This document shows, one piece after another, positions 38,398 to 47,154 of a DNA stretch of 64,000 nucleotides. Made by a program: the position numbers and the translations under genes. How positions within the stretch are numbered: the first letter of the stretch is position 1; each line of letters starts with the position of its first letter. Source of the stretch: a bacterium (lineage in GTDB: Bacteria; Patescibacteriota; Microgenomatia; Woykebacterales; RBG-16-39-9b); NCBI GenBank assembly GCA_030704665.1, contig JAUYID010000009.1, forward strand, positions 793,702 to 857,701, read 5' to 3'. A model generated the notes under the pieces. That model saw nothing but the letters and a program-made list of their open reading frames with translations. It searched no databases and was not told the origin of the DNA.

Positions 38398-39021
38398 ATG
38401 AGACTAAAGATATTACTGGTGATTTTGGGTTCTCTGCTTCTTGCCTCTGGAATCTATCTCGGAATAAATAAATTTATACTTCAACCAAAAGAAAAAAGCC
38501 CTGTTGCTTCTGTTGTGGAAACCAAAGTGGCGACTGAGTCTGCCGAGCCAAAACCCGAAGGAAAGAAGGAGGACGCAAAAGCTCCAACAGGGGAAGTTTC
38601 GGGTGCGACTACAAATACTGTCCAGCTCCCAACACAACAGAATACACCTCCACTATCAGTACCAGATGAATCAGGCAAGATCGCTACTCTTAACAGCTTA
38701 ATTGAGAAACTAGTCGGTTTGGCTGTAAAAATATGGGCGGAGGACGAAAAAATTAAAGCAACTACTCAAGGTTGGTTTGCTGCTCTGGAAAATTGTAATT
38801 CCGATCCAATAATTCCCTATGCTGACTGCGTTGAACTAAAAAACACTTATTACTCAGCACTTCTAAACATATCCAATGCTGCAAGAAAGAGTTATTTGGC
38901 TGATTATCGCAATTACGAGGCCCAGGCTAACCAAATAAAGGCTTCGTGCTCCTCAGTCTGTCAAACTATTTGGAATGACTACATCCAAGCACTTCAAAAG
39001 GGTGGTATTCCTCAACCTTAA
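38398..39021 (+). CDS. Membrane-anchored hypothetical protein
   Basis: N-terminal TM, disordered linker, helical Cys-containing C-terminus. Confidence 0.72.
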   Translation: MRLKILLVILGSLLLASGIYLGINKFILQPKEKSPVASVVETKVATESAEPKPEGKKEDAKAPTGEVSGATTNTVQLPTQQNTPPLSVPDESGKIATLNSLIEKLVGLAVKIWAEDEKIKATTQGWFAALENCNSDPIIPYADCVELKNTYYSALLNISNAARKSYLADYRNYEAQANQIKASCSSVCQTIWNDYIQALQKGGIPQP

Positions 39022-39293
39022 AACACTAAGCTGACCAAATACACCACTCCACCAATACAAACAGTTTTACCAGTCAGACAGGTTCGGCTGTGGACTAGAG
39101 ATGGCTAATTATGTGGTGTCCGCCGACCAACATCGTTAATCCTTATCCCTTGTGTGGCGGCCACATATGGTTTAACCACCTTGACCAGGGAATTAGTAAA
39201 ATTTATATCGCGGATTTCTGTGGCACTTAACGGTTATATTTATTTTGTAACAAAGGGTGTGGTGGGGGTAGTTCGGGACTAACTGACTTGGTC

Positions 39294-39746
39294 TTAATTC
39301 ATCTTGGCCAACACTTGTCTCGTGTTTTCTTGTGTTTCGGCTAGTATCTGCTTTAACTCCTCAATAGTCTTACCCTCCAGCTCTTTGTGAAACTCTAAGT
39401 TAGCGTTGAGGTTTAAGTTCCTAGAGGCTGGGAAGCGGTCTTTTAGTTTGTTGACCATTTCGATTGCTTGCAAGGCGACGCTTGGTTTGGCTTGTCGGGC
39501 GTTCTTGAGACCTGCTTCAATTATCTGTCTGGTGGATTCATCAACATAAGTATCACTCAAACCCGCTCCTTCAAGCTGTTGTCGGATCGCTGTCAAGACG
39601 TGAGGTCTACCAAGATTTTTGTAGGCTTCGTTGTTGGCCTTCGTAATAGAGTACCCAGCCTTGCGAGCCGCCAGGCTTCCGTTGCCGTTAGCTTCACCGA
39701 CGTAGTATTTAACGAATTTTTCCTGCTTTAGTGTCAGCTTTTTCAT
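39294..39746 (-). CDS. terS: Terminase small subunit
   Basis: LTLKQEKFVKYY...NGSLAARKAGYS HTH signature; ATG 39746 preferred. Confidence 0.85.
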   Translation of the reverse strand: MKKLTLKQEKFVKYYVGEANGNGSLAARKAGYSITKANNEAYKNLGRPHVLTAIRQQLEGAGLSDTYVDESTRQIIEAGLKNARQAKPSVALQAIEMVNKLKDRFPASRNLNLNANLEFHKELEGKTIEELKQILAETQENTRQVLAKMN

Positions 39747-39851
39747 ATTTAATCTTTTTGCATGGCCTTGCAACTTACCGCCTGGCAGGAAGTTAAGGAA
39801 CTTTACAACAGCCAGTCAAATTTCTACCCATATATAGTATAACTGACAAAG

Positions 39852-39924
39852 AATATAGTGAGTTAGATGGTGGAGTAAACAGATTTTAGGTTCAATAATA
39901 TAGTGAGTGGGGTGGTGGGGTAAA
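39852..39924 (+). repeat. 28-bp repeat copies C (39852-39879) and D (39897-39924), 45-bp period, upstream of terS
   Basis: AATATAGTGAGTTAGATGGTGGAGTAAA and AATATAGTGAGTGGGGTGGTGGGGTAAA. Confidence 0.85.
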
Positions 39925-39927
39925 CTT

Positions 39928-40287
39928 TTAGTTAGATTTTTCGACTTGCCAGTCCCCACCTTTAGTGTCGTAAATCACACAGTAACGTCCTTCGAAAGTA
40001 ACCGCCTTACCGCATTCCTGGCTAGAAATCGAAACGTAGCCGCCATTGGGAAACTCCATCTCAACAATTCTCTTATCCTCAACTGTTACTGCCAAGGTGT
40101 AGCAATTATCATTGTTTGGATTGTGAACCACGCAGACTCTTTGGTACTCAGTACCATCCCACCAAGGCTTATCGTAACTGATTCCAAAAGGCCACCAATG
40201 AAAAAAGAAAGCACCAATCAAGTAGAGGATTATTAGTCCCACTACTCCACCGCCTACTTCGTTTGTATGATTCTCGTCGTTTTCCAA
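39928..40287 (-). CDS. Membrane-anchored hypothetical protein
   Basis: TTG start after GGAGG; TM helix; four Cys. Confidence 0.7.
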   Translation of the reverse strand: MENDENHTNEVGGGVVGLIILYLIGAFFFHWWPFGISYDKPWWDGTEYQRVCVVHNPNNDNCYTLAVTVEDKRIVEMEFPNGGYVSISSQECGKAVTFEGRYCVIYDTKGGDWQVEKSN

Positions 40288-40331
40288 TTAAACCTCCCTA
40301 GTCAATTATAACGCTTTTTAGGTGTCGGGAT

Positions 40332-40354
40332 GGTCTTTATGTATATCCTTAAGG
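40332..40354. repeat. Right attachment junction: arm GGTCTTTATGTA 40332-40343 plus core GG 40353-40354
   Basis: Inverted partner of 31467-31478; lies exactly at the comM truncation. Confidence 0.9.
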
Positions 40355-41401
40355 ACAAGGATTCGCCGCTGCAATCAAGACAAATTTGGCCGGAAAAGTC
40401 ACGTTGGTCGCTGCCCTCGACACCGTCACAAACCCATCTTCGAGAGGCTGGCGCAGTGCCTCGAGAACATTTCTCGGAAACTCCGGGAACTCATCAAGAA
40501 AAAGTACGCCGCGGTGTGACTGCGATATTTCTCCTGGTTTGGGATTGGCTCCACCACCAATGATACCCACACTACTCGCGGTGTGATGGGGACTACGAAA
40601 CTGTCTTTTTGTGACTAAACCACCGTTGACTCCGCCTAGAACAGAGAAGATTTTAGTAACTTCCACTGCTTCCGAAAAAGTCAAACGAGGCAGTATCGAA
40701 ACAAAAGTTCGTGCCAGTAGCGTCTTACCCGCCCCTGGTGGTCCTTTGAGTAGAACGTTGTGACCACCAGCAGCTGCAATCTCCAGTGCTCGTTTGGCTT
40801 GTTCCTGTCCTTTGACCTCTTTCATATCTAGTTCGAACTCTTCCTCAGGAGCAAAATCAAACTTTCTTGGTTTAAACGGGTTGATGGGTGAGACAGCAGT
40901 AAAATGATCAAAAACCTCCCGGATATTTTTCACTGGGAGTATTTTTACCTTCTCAACGACAGAAGCTTCAATTGCATTTTCGGTCGGGAGTATCAGAGAA
41001 TCAAAATTTTTTTCTTTGGCTAGTAGTGAGAGAAGCAGAGCTCCCTTGGTTGAGTTGACTGAGCCGTCAAGCGAAAGCTCACCAAAAATTAAGGTCTTGG
41101 CAATATCAGCTTCAAGTTGACCCGAAGAAAGCAAAATCCCCAAAGCAATTGGCAGGTCAAAACTTGGACCTTCCTTGGGCAAATCAGCTGGAGCAAGGTT
41201 GACCGTAATGCGTTTAGCGGGGAAATCAGCACCAACGTTTTTCAGAGCGGCCCGGACCCTCTCGCGAGACTCCTCAACCGCCTTGTCCGGCAAACCAACG
41301 ATTGTGAATGAGGGTAGCCCTTGAGAAGCAATATCAACTTCAATTGTTACCGGCACTGCTTCCAGGCCAACTAGAGAACCGGAGTGGATTTTGGATAGCA
41401 T
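40349..41401 (-). pseudogene. comM: comM/yifB 5' part (Mg-chelatase-like AAA+ ATPase), truncated by the insertion
   Basis: [48 protein letters not shown] then TAA. Confidence 0.95.
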
Positions 41402-41448
41402 TGCCAAGCAGAATAAAGTAAACAGATCAAGGAATCAAGAGGGCTTTT

Positions 41449-42447
41449 TCACTTCTTTGTCTGTTTTGTTTTCATAATTTCCTCAACTATCACTCCAATC
41501 CCGACCGCAGCGGGAACAGAAACTACCGCTCCTAGAAAACCAAACAAAACTGTTCCAATCAAAAGAACAAAAAGAATCATAAACGCGTTCAGACCAATAA
41601 TACCACTCATCACTTTGGGTACCAAAAAATTGTCTTTCAATGTCTGGATGATATTGTAGAAAAGAAAAATCCAAACTGCCAGAATCGGGTTCTGTACTGC
41701 AGAAATGACGAGTGCCGGTATCAAGGCAAGCAACGGCCCGAGACCAGCAATCGGGCTCAAAAAAGTAGCAATCATGGTCAGGGTCAGACTATAGTTTACT
41801 CCGAGAACAGTCAGACCAGCAAAAGTTGTGATACCAACCAAACCAGCAATCAAAATCTGCCCAAGCACCCAACCACCAATACGTCTTTCAATTTCTGCCT
41901 CAAGAGCTTTTAGCTTTTCTTCTTTACCAGGAAAAAAACTTGCAAGAAAATCTAGTGTTTCGTCATGCTCCAACAAAAGATAGAAAGTAACCACAAAAAC
42001 CCCTACGAAGAAAAGAAACCCAGAAATAGAACTCAAGGTCAGATTTATCAAACTACCGATCCCCTGATTCAAGACCGGAGAGAGAGTTTTTTGAAGCTGT
42101 TCTGCGCTAACATTGACCCCCAGACTCTGAGCCCGAGCCAGGACCTCGCCTAAAATAGCTGGGAAATTGGCTACGAAAAGTTGAAACTGAGAAATAAAAG
42201 GGCTAAAGAAAAGACCCAAGAGAGTAAAGAAAAGCCCAAAACAAACGAAAAAAGTGAGAAAGGCAGATACTTTATAGCTTAAATGAAACCCCCGCTGCGT
42301 TTTTTTTACCAACGGACGAAAACCACTAACCAGTATGTAGGAAAGAATCAGACTGAGAACCAAGGTGCGCAGCTGCCAAAGGAAAATTAATAATATGATC
42401 AAAAAAACACTGAGAAAAATCGTTTTTTTGGAAATAGCAATTGTCAT
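41449..42447 (-). CDS. AI-2E family transporter
   Basis: Polytopic membrane protein; FYLLLE, WVLGQ, GAVVSVP. Confidence 0.85.
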   Translation of the reverse strand: MTIAISKKTIFLSVFLIILLIFLWQLRTLVLSLILSYILVSGFRPLVKKTQRGFHLSYKVSAFLTFFVCFGLFFTLLGLFFSPFISQFQLFVANFPAILGEVLARAQSLGVNVSAEQLQKTLSPVLNQGIGSLINLTLSSISGFLFFVGVFVVTFYLLLEHDETLDFLASFFPGKEEKLKALEAEIERRIGGWVLGQILIAGLVGITTFAGLTVLGVNYSLTLTMIATFLSPIAGLGPLLALIPALVISAVQNPILAVWIFLFYNIIQTLKDNFLVPKVMSGIIGLNAFMILFVLLIGTVLFGFLGAVVSVPAAVGIGVIVEEIMKTKQTKK

Positions 42448-42475
42448 TTATTTTATTATAGCCTAACTTGGGGAT

Positions 42476-45400
42476 TTATTTACTAACTGTAAAGTCAAGG
42501 TCGTTTTGTCCAACCTGAGTTGTATTTGTTGAAGCATAGACAGCGGCTTTCCAAGTCGTTTCGTAAGTACTTAACGGTACCACTAAGGTTAGAGTGCCAG
42601 AAGAGTTTGTTTCCAAATTTGGGTTCCAATACAAAGTATCTACTAACTTGTCTGCGGTAATTCCCCCACCTCCTCCACCACCCCCGCCTCCATAGTCGCC
42701 AATTTTGATGAGAGAGGAAGAAGCATTGGTTGACCTACCCCGGAAGTAATAGAAAGAAGAATGAATCGCAGGTAAAGCTGATTTCCTTAGTATATAAATG
42801 GATTTATCGACAAGGCTGAGCGAGATTTTTGCGGCAATTGGATTACCCGAATTATCTTTGGTTGTGATTGTAAGTTTTGCTTTTTCACTTGGTTTGTATT
42901 GATCCTTATCAGTTTTTATTTCTACCTTTACGAGTTTGTGCATTGCAGGTACATTCAAGGAAAGGCCTTCGGAATAGTACTTCCCATCCTTGAAAAAGGT
43001 AAAAACAAGACTAAAAGATGGGCTTAGTTCTTCATTTATTTCCAGCGGGAAAATACTTTTGCCTTTTTTAATTTCTTTCCATTCCGAAGAATAAATTCTT
43101 CCCCTTTCTGTAGTAACTAAAGCTTTTATGTCCTCTGGTACTTCGATTTGCAAATTAGCGGTGTCCCCCACAAGATAAGAATTTTTTTCAGCGGTTACTG
43201 ATAACTTTGTTAGATTTTGATCGGAGAAGAAAGTAAAGCCTCTAGGTTCATCAGAAATATAAAGGGATTTTGAATCATCAATATAATTTCCAGACCCATC
43301 AGTACCCTTTACTCTCAAAATGTAGGAGGAGTTTTTCTCTTGAACTTCAAGTTTTTGTTTTATTATCCCTATTCCGTTGTTGTCTGTTTTTGTCGATCCT
43401 GAAATTTCAACCTTCTCAACACTCTCATATGTTTTGTTGTCATAACTAACTGAACTAATTGTATAGTTAAATGTTTTATTTCCCTGTTTAACCCCTTCTC
43501 TAGTCTCGGAGTAAAAACTCGCCACCAAATTTTCGCCCTTTAGGTAGGCCCACTTGATTGGTCTTATAAATAAGTTTGCGTTTCCTTGATGGACTATACC
43601 CTTACCTGCGCCAAAAATTCTGTTTTTATTCTCATCGGTTTTTATTGCCACCACAGTTACGTTTTGGCTGCTATTTGTTTTAAACTCGTTTGTGTTGACA
43701 GTTACGGTTGCCGTTCCTTTGGCATCCAAAGTCACTTCCGGTGAATCTTGATTTATTGAGTCAAAATATTGATCCTCCTGAAAACCACCCCCACACATAC
43801 CACCCCAAGAGTTTAGATTGAAATTTTGGTTATAAACTGCCTTATCTGTTTCAAAATAAGAGCTAGTGACATAGCCATAGTTTACTTTTGTTTTGGCTAA
43901 AGGTGTACCGTTATTATACTTTCCTCTGATTGTGGCTTGTATTTTGTCTTTTAGAAGATACTCACCCTTATCAAGTTCAACTGTTAGATCAAAATTGGGT
44001 TTTTTGTAATCCAATACTTCATAATAGACAGAAGCTTCGGAATAATTTTCCTTAGTTTCTCCAAGAACTTCTGCCGTTAAAGGGCCAGTGCCTTCGGCTG
44101 CAATAAGCTCACCGGAAAAAATACCTCCGGAATTTGTGGTCTGATCTTTTTGGAAAACGACTTTTTCACTCTCTGTTTTACTATCATAACTTTTGACTGA
44201 TACCCGAACGGTCTGGCTACCCGGCATTTTATAGATAGCGTCGTTATCTTTTCTCACTAGCCCACGGTAACGGATTTTGTCTCCTTTTTTGTAAATTGGA
44301 CGGTCAGTATAAAGAAAAATTTCATTATTTTCACTGAGATTTGAACGGACCCGAATATCGGCTTGGCTAAGCAAAATAGCAACGGGAACGATTAAAACCT
44401 CACCTTGAGTTTTTCCAACCACCAAATCGACTTTTTTTGGATAAATGAAACTGATTTCTTTCTGGTCTGTTACTTCGGCACTATTAATAATTGTTGGTTT
44501 GTCCAACATGCTGTAAAAATCAACCTCGATTGGTTGAGTTAAAACATTTCCATCCAAATCTTGTCCCGCCAAAAGAATTTTTTGATCGTCTTGTCGGAAA
44601 ATTAGTCCTTTTGAATTCGAGACAAGCCAAATTTGCCCCACTCTATCACCTCCATCATTTACCGCTTCCAAGAAGTAGATCCCCTTTTCCTCCTTAACAA
44701 AATAGTTCTCTTTGTCTTTTACCTTTTCTTTGCTTGATAGTTTCTCCAACTTCTCACTATTGACCAATTTATTTGCATAGTCTAAATAATTAGTGCCCCC
44801 TATGTCTTTCTTGGCTCTGTAAACAAAGGAGTTTAATAAGGTATCCAAATCGGCTTTGTAAAGATTGAGGTTTACATCCGAGAATCCCTTTCCAACTCGG
44901 ACGGTGAGGGTTGAACCTCTAGTTGAAGAAAAGCTTAATAACTTTGTAACTAGGTCTTCATCTTTTTCCGAAAAAAATACTTCGTTAGAACTGAGATCAG
45001 TTGAAAAGACTAAATAGTAAGTAGATATTAGTGCTTGTCCAGCTTTTGATCTCAATTGATCGGAGATGGTGATACTATACGAAGTCGTGTCCAAAAGAGT
45101 CTCCTGTGGAATGAAAGTTACCTGTTTTTCTGAAGCGCTTAGCGAAAAGGTTCCCTCTACTTCTGGAGAAATACTGAAATTGTGTTCGAAATCGTGCAAT
45201 CTTACTTCTTGGTTAAAAACAAAACTAATTTTTTTGTTTACCGCAACCCCAACCGCATCGTTTATAGGATCTGTTTGTAAAAGTAAAAATTCGTTGACCA
45301 CACTTTTTGAACCAACCTTAAGAGTTTTTGGTTGGTTCAATTTGAGGTAAGCTAATGCAGTAGTTGAGAAAAGTATTAAAAAAACACCTAGTCCAATTGC

Positions 45401-45541
45401 TAAGGAAAGTTTGCGGTGGGAGGAAATCCAGTTTTTTACCCTTTTCTTTAATCCTAATTTCTCAGAACTAGCCAAAGTTTCACTAGAAATCTTTTCTTCC
45501 AGTGCCGCCTCGTTAGTAGTATTTGCTTGGTCTTCAGGCAT
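42476..45541 (-). CDS. Alpha-2-macroglobulin-like surface protein with an Ig-like domain; lacks the thioester domain
   Basis: TM anchor; Big_5-like domain; YTDRPIYKKGD, YKKPNF, SLSLVDKSI, TLYWNPNLETN; no CxEQ. Confidence 0.8.
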   Translation of the reverse strand: MPEDQANTTNEAALEEKISSETLASSEKLGLKKRVKNWISSHRKLSLAIGLGVFLILFSTTALAYLKLNQPKTLKVGSKSVVNEFLLLQTDPINDAVGVAVNKKISFVFNQEVRLHDFEHNFSISPEVEGTFSLSASEKQVTFIPQETLLDTTSYSITISDQLRSKAGQALISTYYLVFSTDLSSNEVFFSEKDEDLVTKLLSFSSTRGSTLTVRVGKGFSDVNLNLYKADLDTLLNSFVYRAKKDIGGTNYLDYANKLVNSEKLEKLSSKEKVKDKENYFVKEEKGIYFLEAVNDGGDRVGQIWLVSNSKGLIFRQDDQKILLAGQDLDGNVLTQPIEVDFYSMLDKPTIINSAEVTDQKEISFIYPKKVDLVVGKTQGEVLIVPVAILLSQADIRVRSNLSENNEIFLYTDRPIYKKGDKIRYRGLVRKDNDAIYKMPGSQTVRVSVKSYDSKTESEKVVFQKDQTTNSGGIFSGELIAAEGTGPLTAEVLGETKENYSEASVYYEVLDYKKPNFDLTVELDKGEYLLKDKIQATIRGKYNNGTPLAKTKVNYGYVTSSYFETDKAVYNQNFNLNSWGGMCGGGFQEDQYFDSINQDSPEVTLDAKGTATVTVNTNEFKTNSSQNVTVVAIKTDENKNRIFGAGKGIVHQGNANLFIRPIKWAYLKGENLVASFYSETREGVKQGNKTFNYTISSVSYDNKTYESVEKVEISGSTKTDNNGIGIIKQKLEVQEKNSSYILRVKGTDGSGNYIDDSKSLYISDEPRGFTFFSDQNLTKLSVTAEKNSYLVGDTANLQIEVPEDIKALVTTERGRIYSSEWKEIKKGKSIFPLEINEELSPSFSLVFTFFKDGKYYSEGLSLNVPAMHKLVKVEIKTDKDQYKPSEKAKLTITTKDNSGNPIAAKISLSLVDKSIYILRKSALPAIHSSFYYFRGRSTNASSSLIKIGDYGGGGGGGGGGITADKLVDTLYWNPNLETNSSGTLTLVVPLSTYETTWKAAVYASTNTTQVGQNDLDFTVSK

Positions 45542-45576
45542 TAATTTTAGTATGGAAGTTTTTTAATGCTTAGTCA

Positions 45577-45609
45577 AGAAAAAAATCCCACCGAAGTGAG
45601 ATTTTTTCT
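45577..45609 (-). terminator. Intrinsic terminator after rnpB
   Basis: aaaaaatcccac-cgaa-gtgagatttttt hairpin. Confidence 0.72.
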
Positions 45610-46085
45610 GCTCAAAGGTAACCCGTAAGCCAGATTCTGTTTTCCCGCTTCGATACGAATCGAGGCGAGTAGCGACCATCTATCTAGATGTGGCGAATGC
45701 TCACAACTTCTTGGGGTAAACCAAGATGCCTGCGACTTTCTGGTTCAGACTAGTAACTCATTACCAGGTTCGGCAGTTACAGCGAGTAGGATTGCCCGTT
45801 TCACTTTCACCCCTAATTGTCGAGGGATGAAACTTCGTCTCTGTTGCTCTCGAAACCTGTCAATTCAGGTTCCGTCCGAACAAGGCTTTCGACTCAAACC
45901 TTTGTTCGACACTAGCACTTACGTGTTTCGCCTTACGACGAATCCTCCACTAGTCAGCTGTCTGGACTTTCCTCCCCACCCTTTCCAGTCACAAATTTAA
46001 ACCCTTCAATTCTACCAACTCATCTACTAAAGGAGTCTAACTTCTAACCAGAAAGGGTGGGGCGGCCGCTCAACTACCTTTGAGC
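45610..46085 (-). ncRNA. rnpB: RNase P RNA
   Basis: Minus strand has GAGGAAAGTCC and ACAGAATCTGGCTTAC conserved regions; P1 GCTCAAAGGTA/TACCTTTGAGC closes the ends. Confidence 0.93.
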
Positions 46086-46116
46086 GTCCCTATTTTACCA
46101 TTTTGGAAGAGGTTTT

Positions 46117-47148
46117 TCAACTTTTAGGGTTTAGAGAGTGGCGACGAGCGTCGCGAAAATGAATGACAACCACTTGCAAAGCTGCGGCCGTTGGAACAGC
46201 AATCGCTGCCCCGAGAGCACCAAAAAGGCTCCCTCCCACCAAAATTGAGATGATAGTGACCAAAGGACTCAAGCCGACTACTTCTTTCATGACTTCGGGA
46301 ACAATGAAGTAGTTTTCGAACTGTTGAATCAGGGTGTAAAGGGCGACTACACCGAGCAAAACTAAGGGTGAGGAACCCGTCGCCAAAACAATGATCAGTG
46401 CCGGTACGACTGCAAGAATTGGACCGATGACCGCAACTGTTTCTAGCAAACCCGCGATCACCGCCAAAGGAAGGGCAAACTCAACTCTTAGTAGGCTAAG
46501 CCCGACCCAAACAGCGAGTCCGACCAAAAACATTAAAATTAATTGCCCACGAACCCAAGCACCCAACTGCTTTTCAATCTGATGGGCGATCCTTAGTGTT
46601 TCTACTTTTGGCATGTTGGGAAAAAAGAGAAAAATGCTTTCCTTGATTTTGTCTCTTTCCAAAAGCAAGTAAAAACTGAAAACTGCAATTGAAACAAAAA
46701 CCAAAATACCGTTAAAAGCGTTCAGCAACAAGGCAAGGGCATTGGCCAGAGCATCGTTAACTCTCTCGCTGGCAAGTTGAAACAAATGATCAGAGGTCAC
46801 GACTGGCAATCCCAGACCGTCCAAATAATTAGTTATCCGTTGGATATAGACTGGAAGATCAGCCACAAAGATCCTAGTTTGCTCAATGAGCGGTGGAAGG
46901 ATGAAAAATAGGAGCGCGCCAAGCCCACCGATAGCAATTAAATAAGTCAACCCAACAGCCAAGGCTTTGGGAAGACCTACTTTCTCAAAACGGTCGACAA
47001 GTGGAGCAAAACCACTCATCAAAATCACCGAAATCCCCAAGGCGATCAAAATACCCCGAATCTGCCAAGCAAAGACCAAGGCCACCAGCAAAAAAATAGT
47101 GAAAGCGATAGTTTTGGGGGAAATTTCAACTGTAGTTGTATTTTCCAT
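46117..47148 (-). CDS. AI-2E family transporter
   Basis: WVRGQ, IGPIL, QQFENYFIVP. Confidence 0.88.
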   Translation of the reverse strand: MENTTTVEISPKTIAFTIFLLVALVFAWQIRGILIALGISVILMSGFAPLVDRFEKVGLPKALAVGLTYLIAIGGLGALLFFILPPLIEQTRIFVADLPVYIQRITNYLDGLGLPVVTSDHLFQLASERVNDALANALALLLNAFNGILVFVSIAVFSFYLLLERDKIKESIFLFFPNMPKVETLRIAHQIEKQLGAWVRGQLILMFLVGLAVWVGLSLLRVEFALPLAVIAGLLETVAVIGPILAVVPALIIVLATGSSPLVLLGVVALYTLIQQFENYFIVPEVMKEVVGLSPLVTIISILVGGSLFGALGAAIAVPTAAALQVVVIHFRDARRHSLNPKS

Positions 47149-47154
47149 CTTTAA

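Larger units (their letters stand above)
31456..40354. mobile_element. ~8.9-kb integrated phage-satellite-like element in comM
   Basis: Splits comM at NPCP/CG; shared TCC core at both junctions; 12-bp inverted arms; integrase, Xis-like, helicase, primase ZnF and TerS; no structural genes. Confidence 0.92.

Noticed and set aside
39852-39924. CRISPR array from the 28-bp repeats
   Set aside because: Only two tandem copies with a 17-nt gap, degenerate, other copies lie inside a CDS, and there are no cas genes.
31456-40354. Complete prophage or conjugative element
   Set aside because: No TerL, portal, capsid, tail, lysis, relaxase or T4SS genes lie between the att sites.
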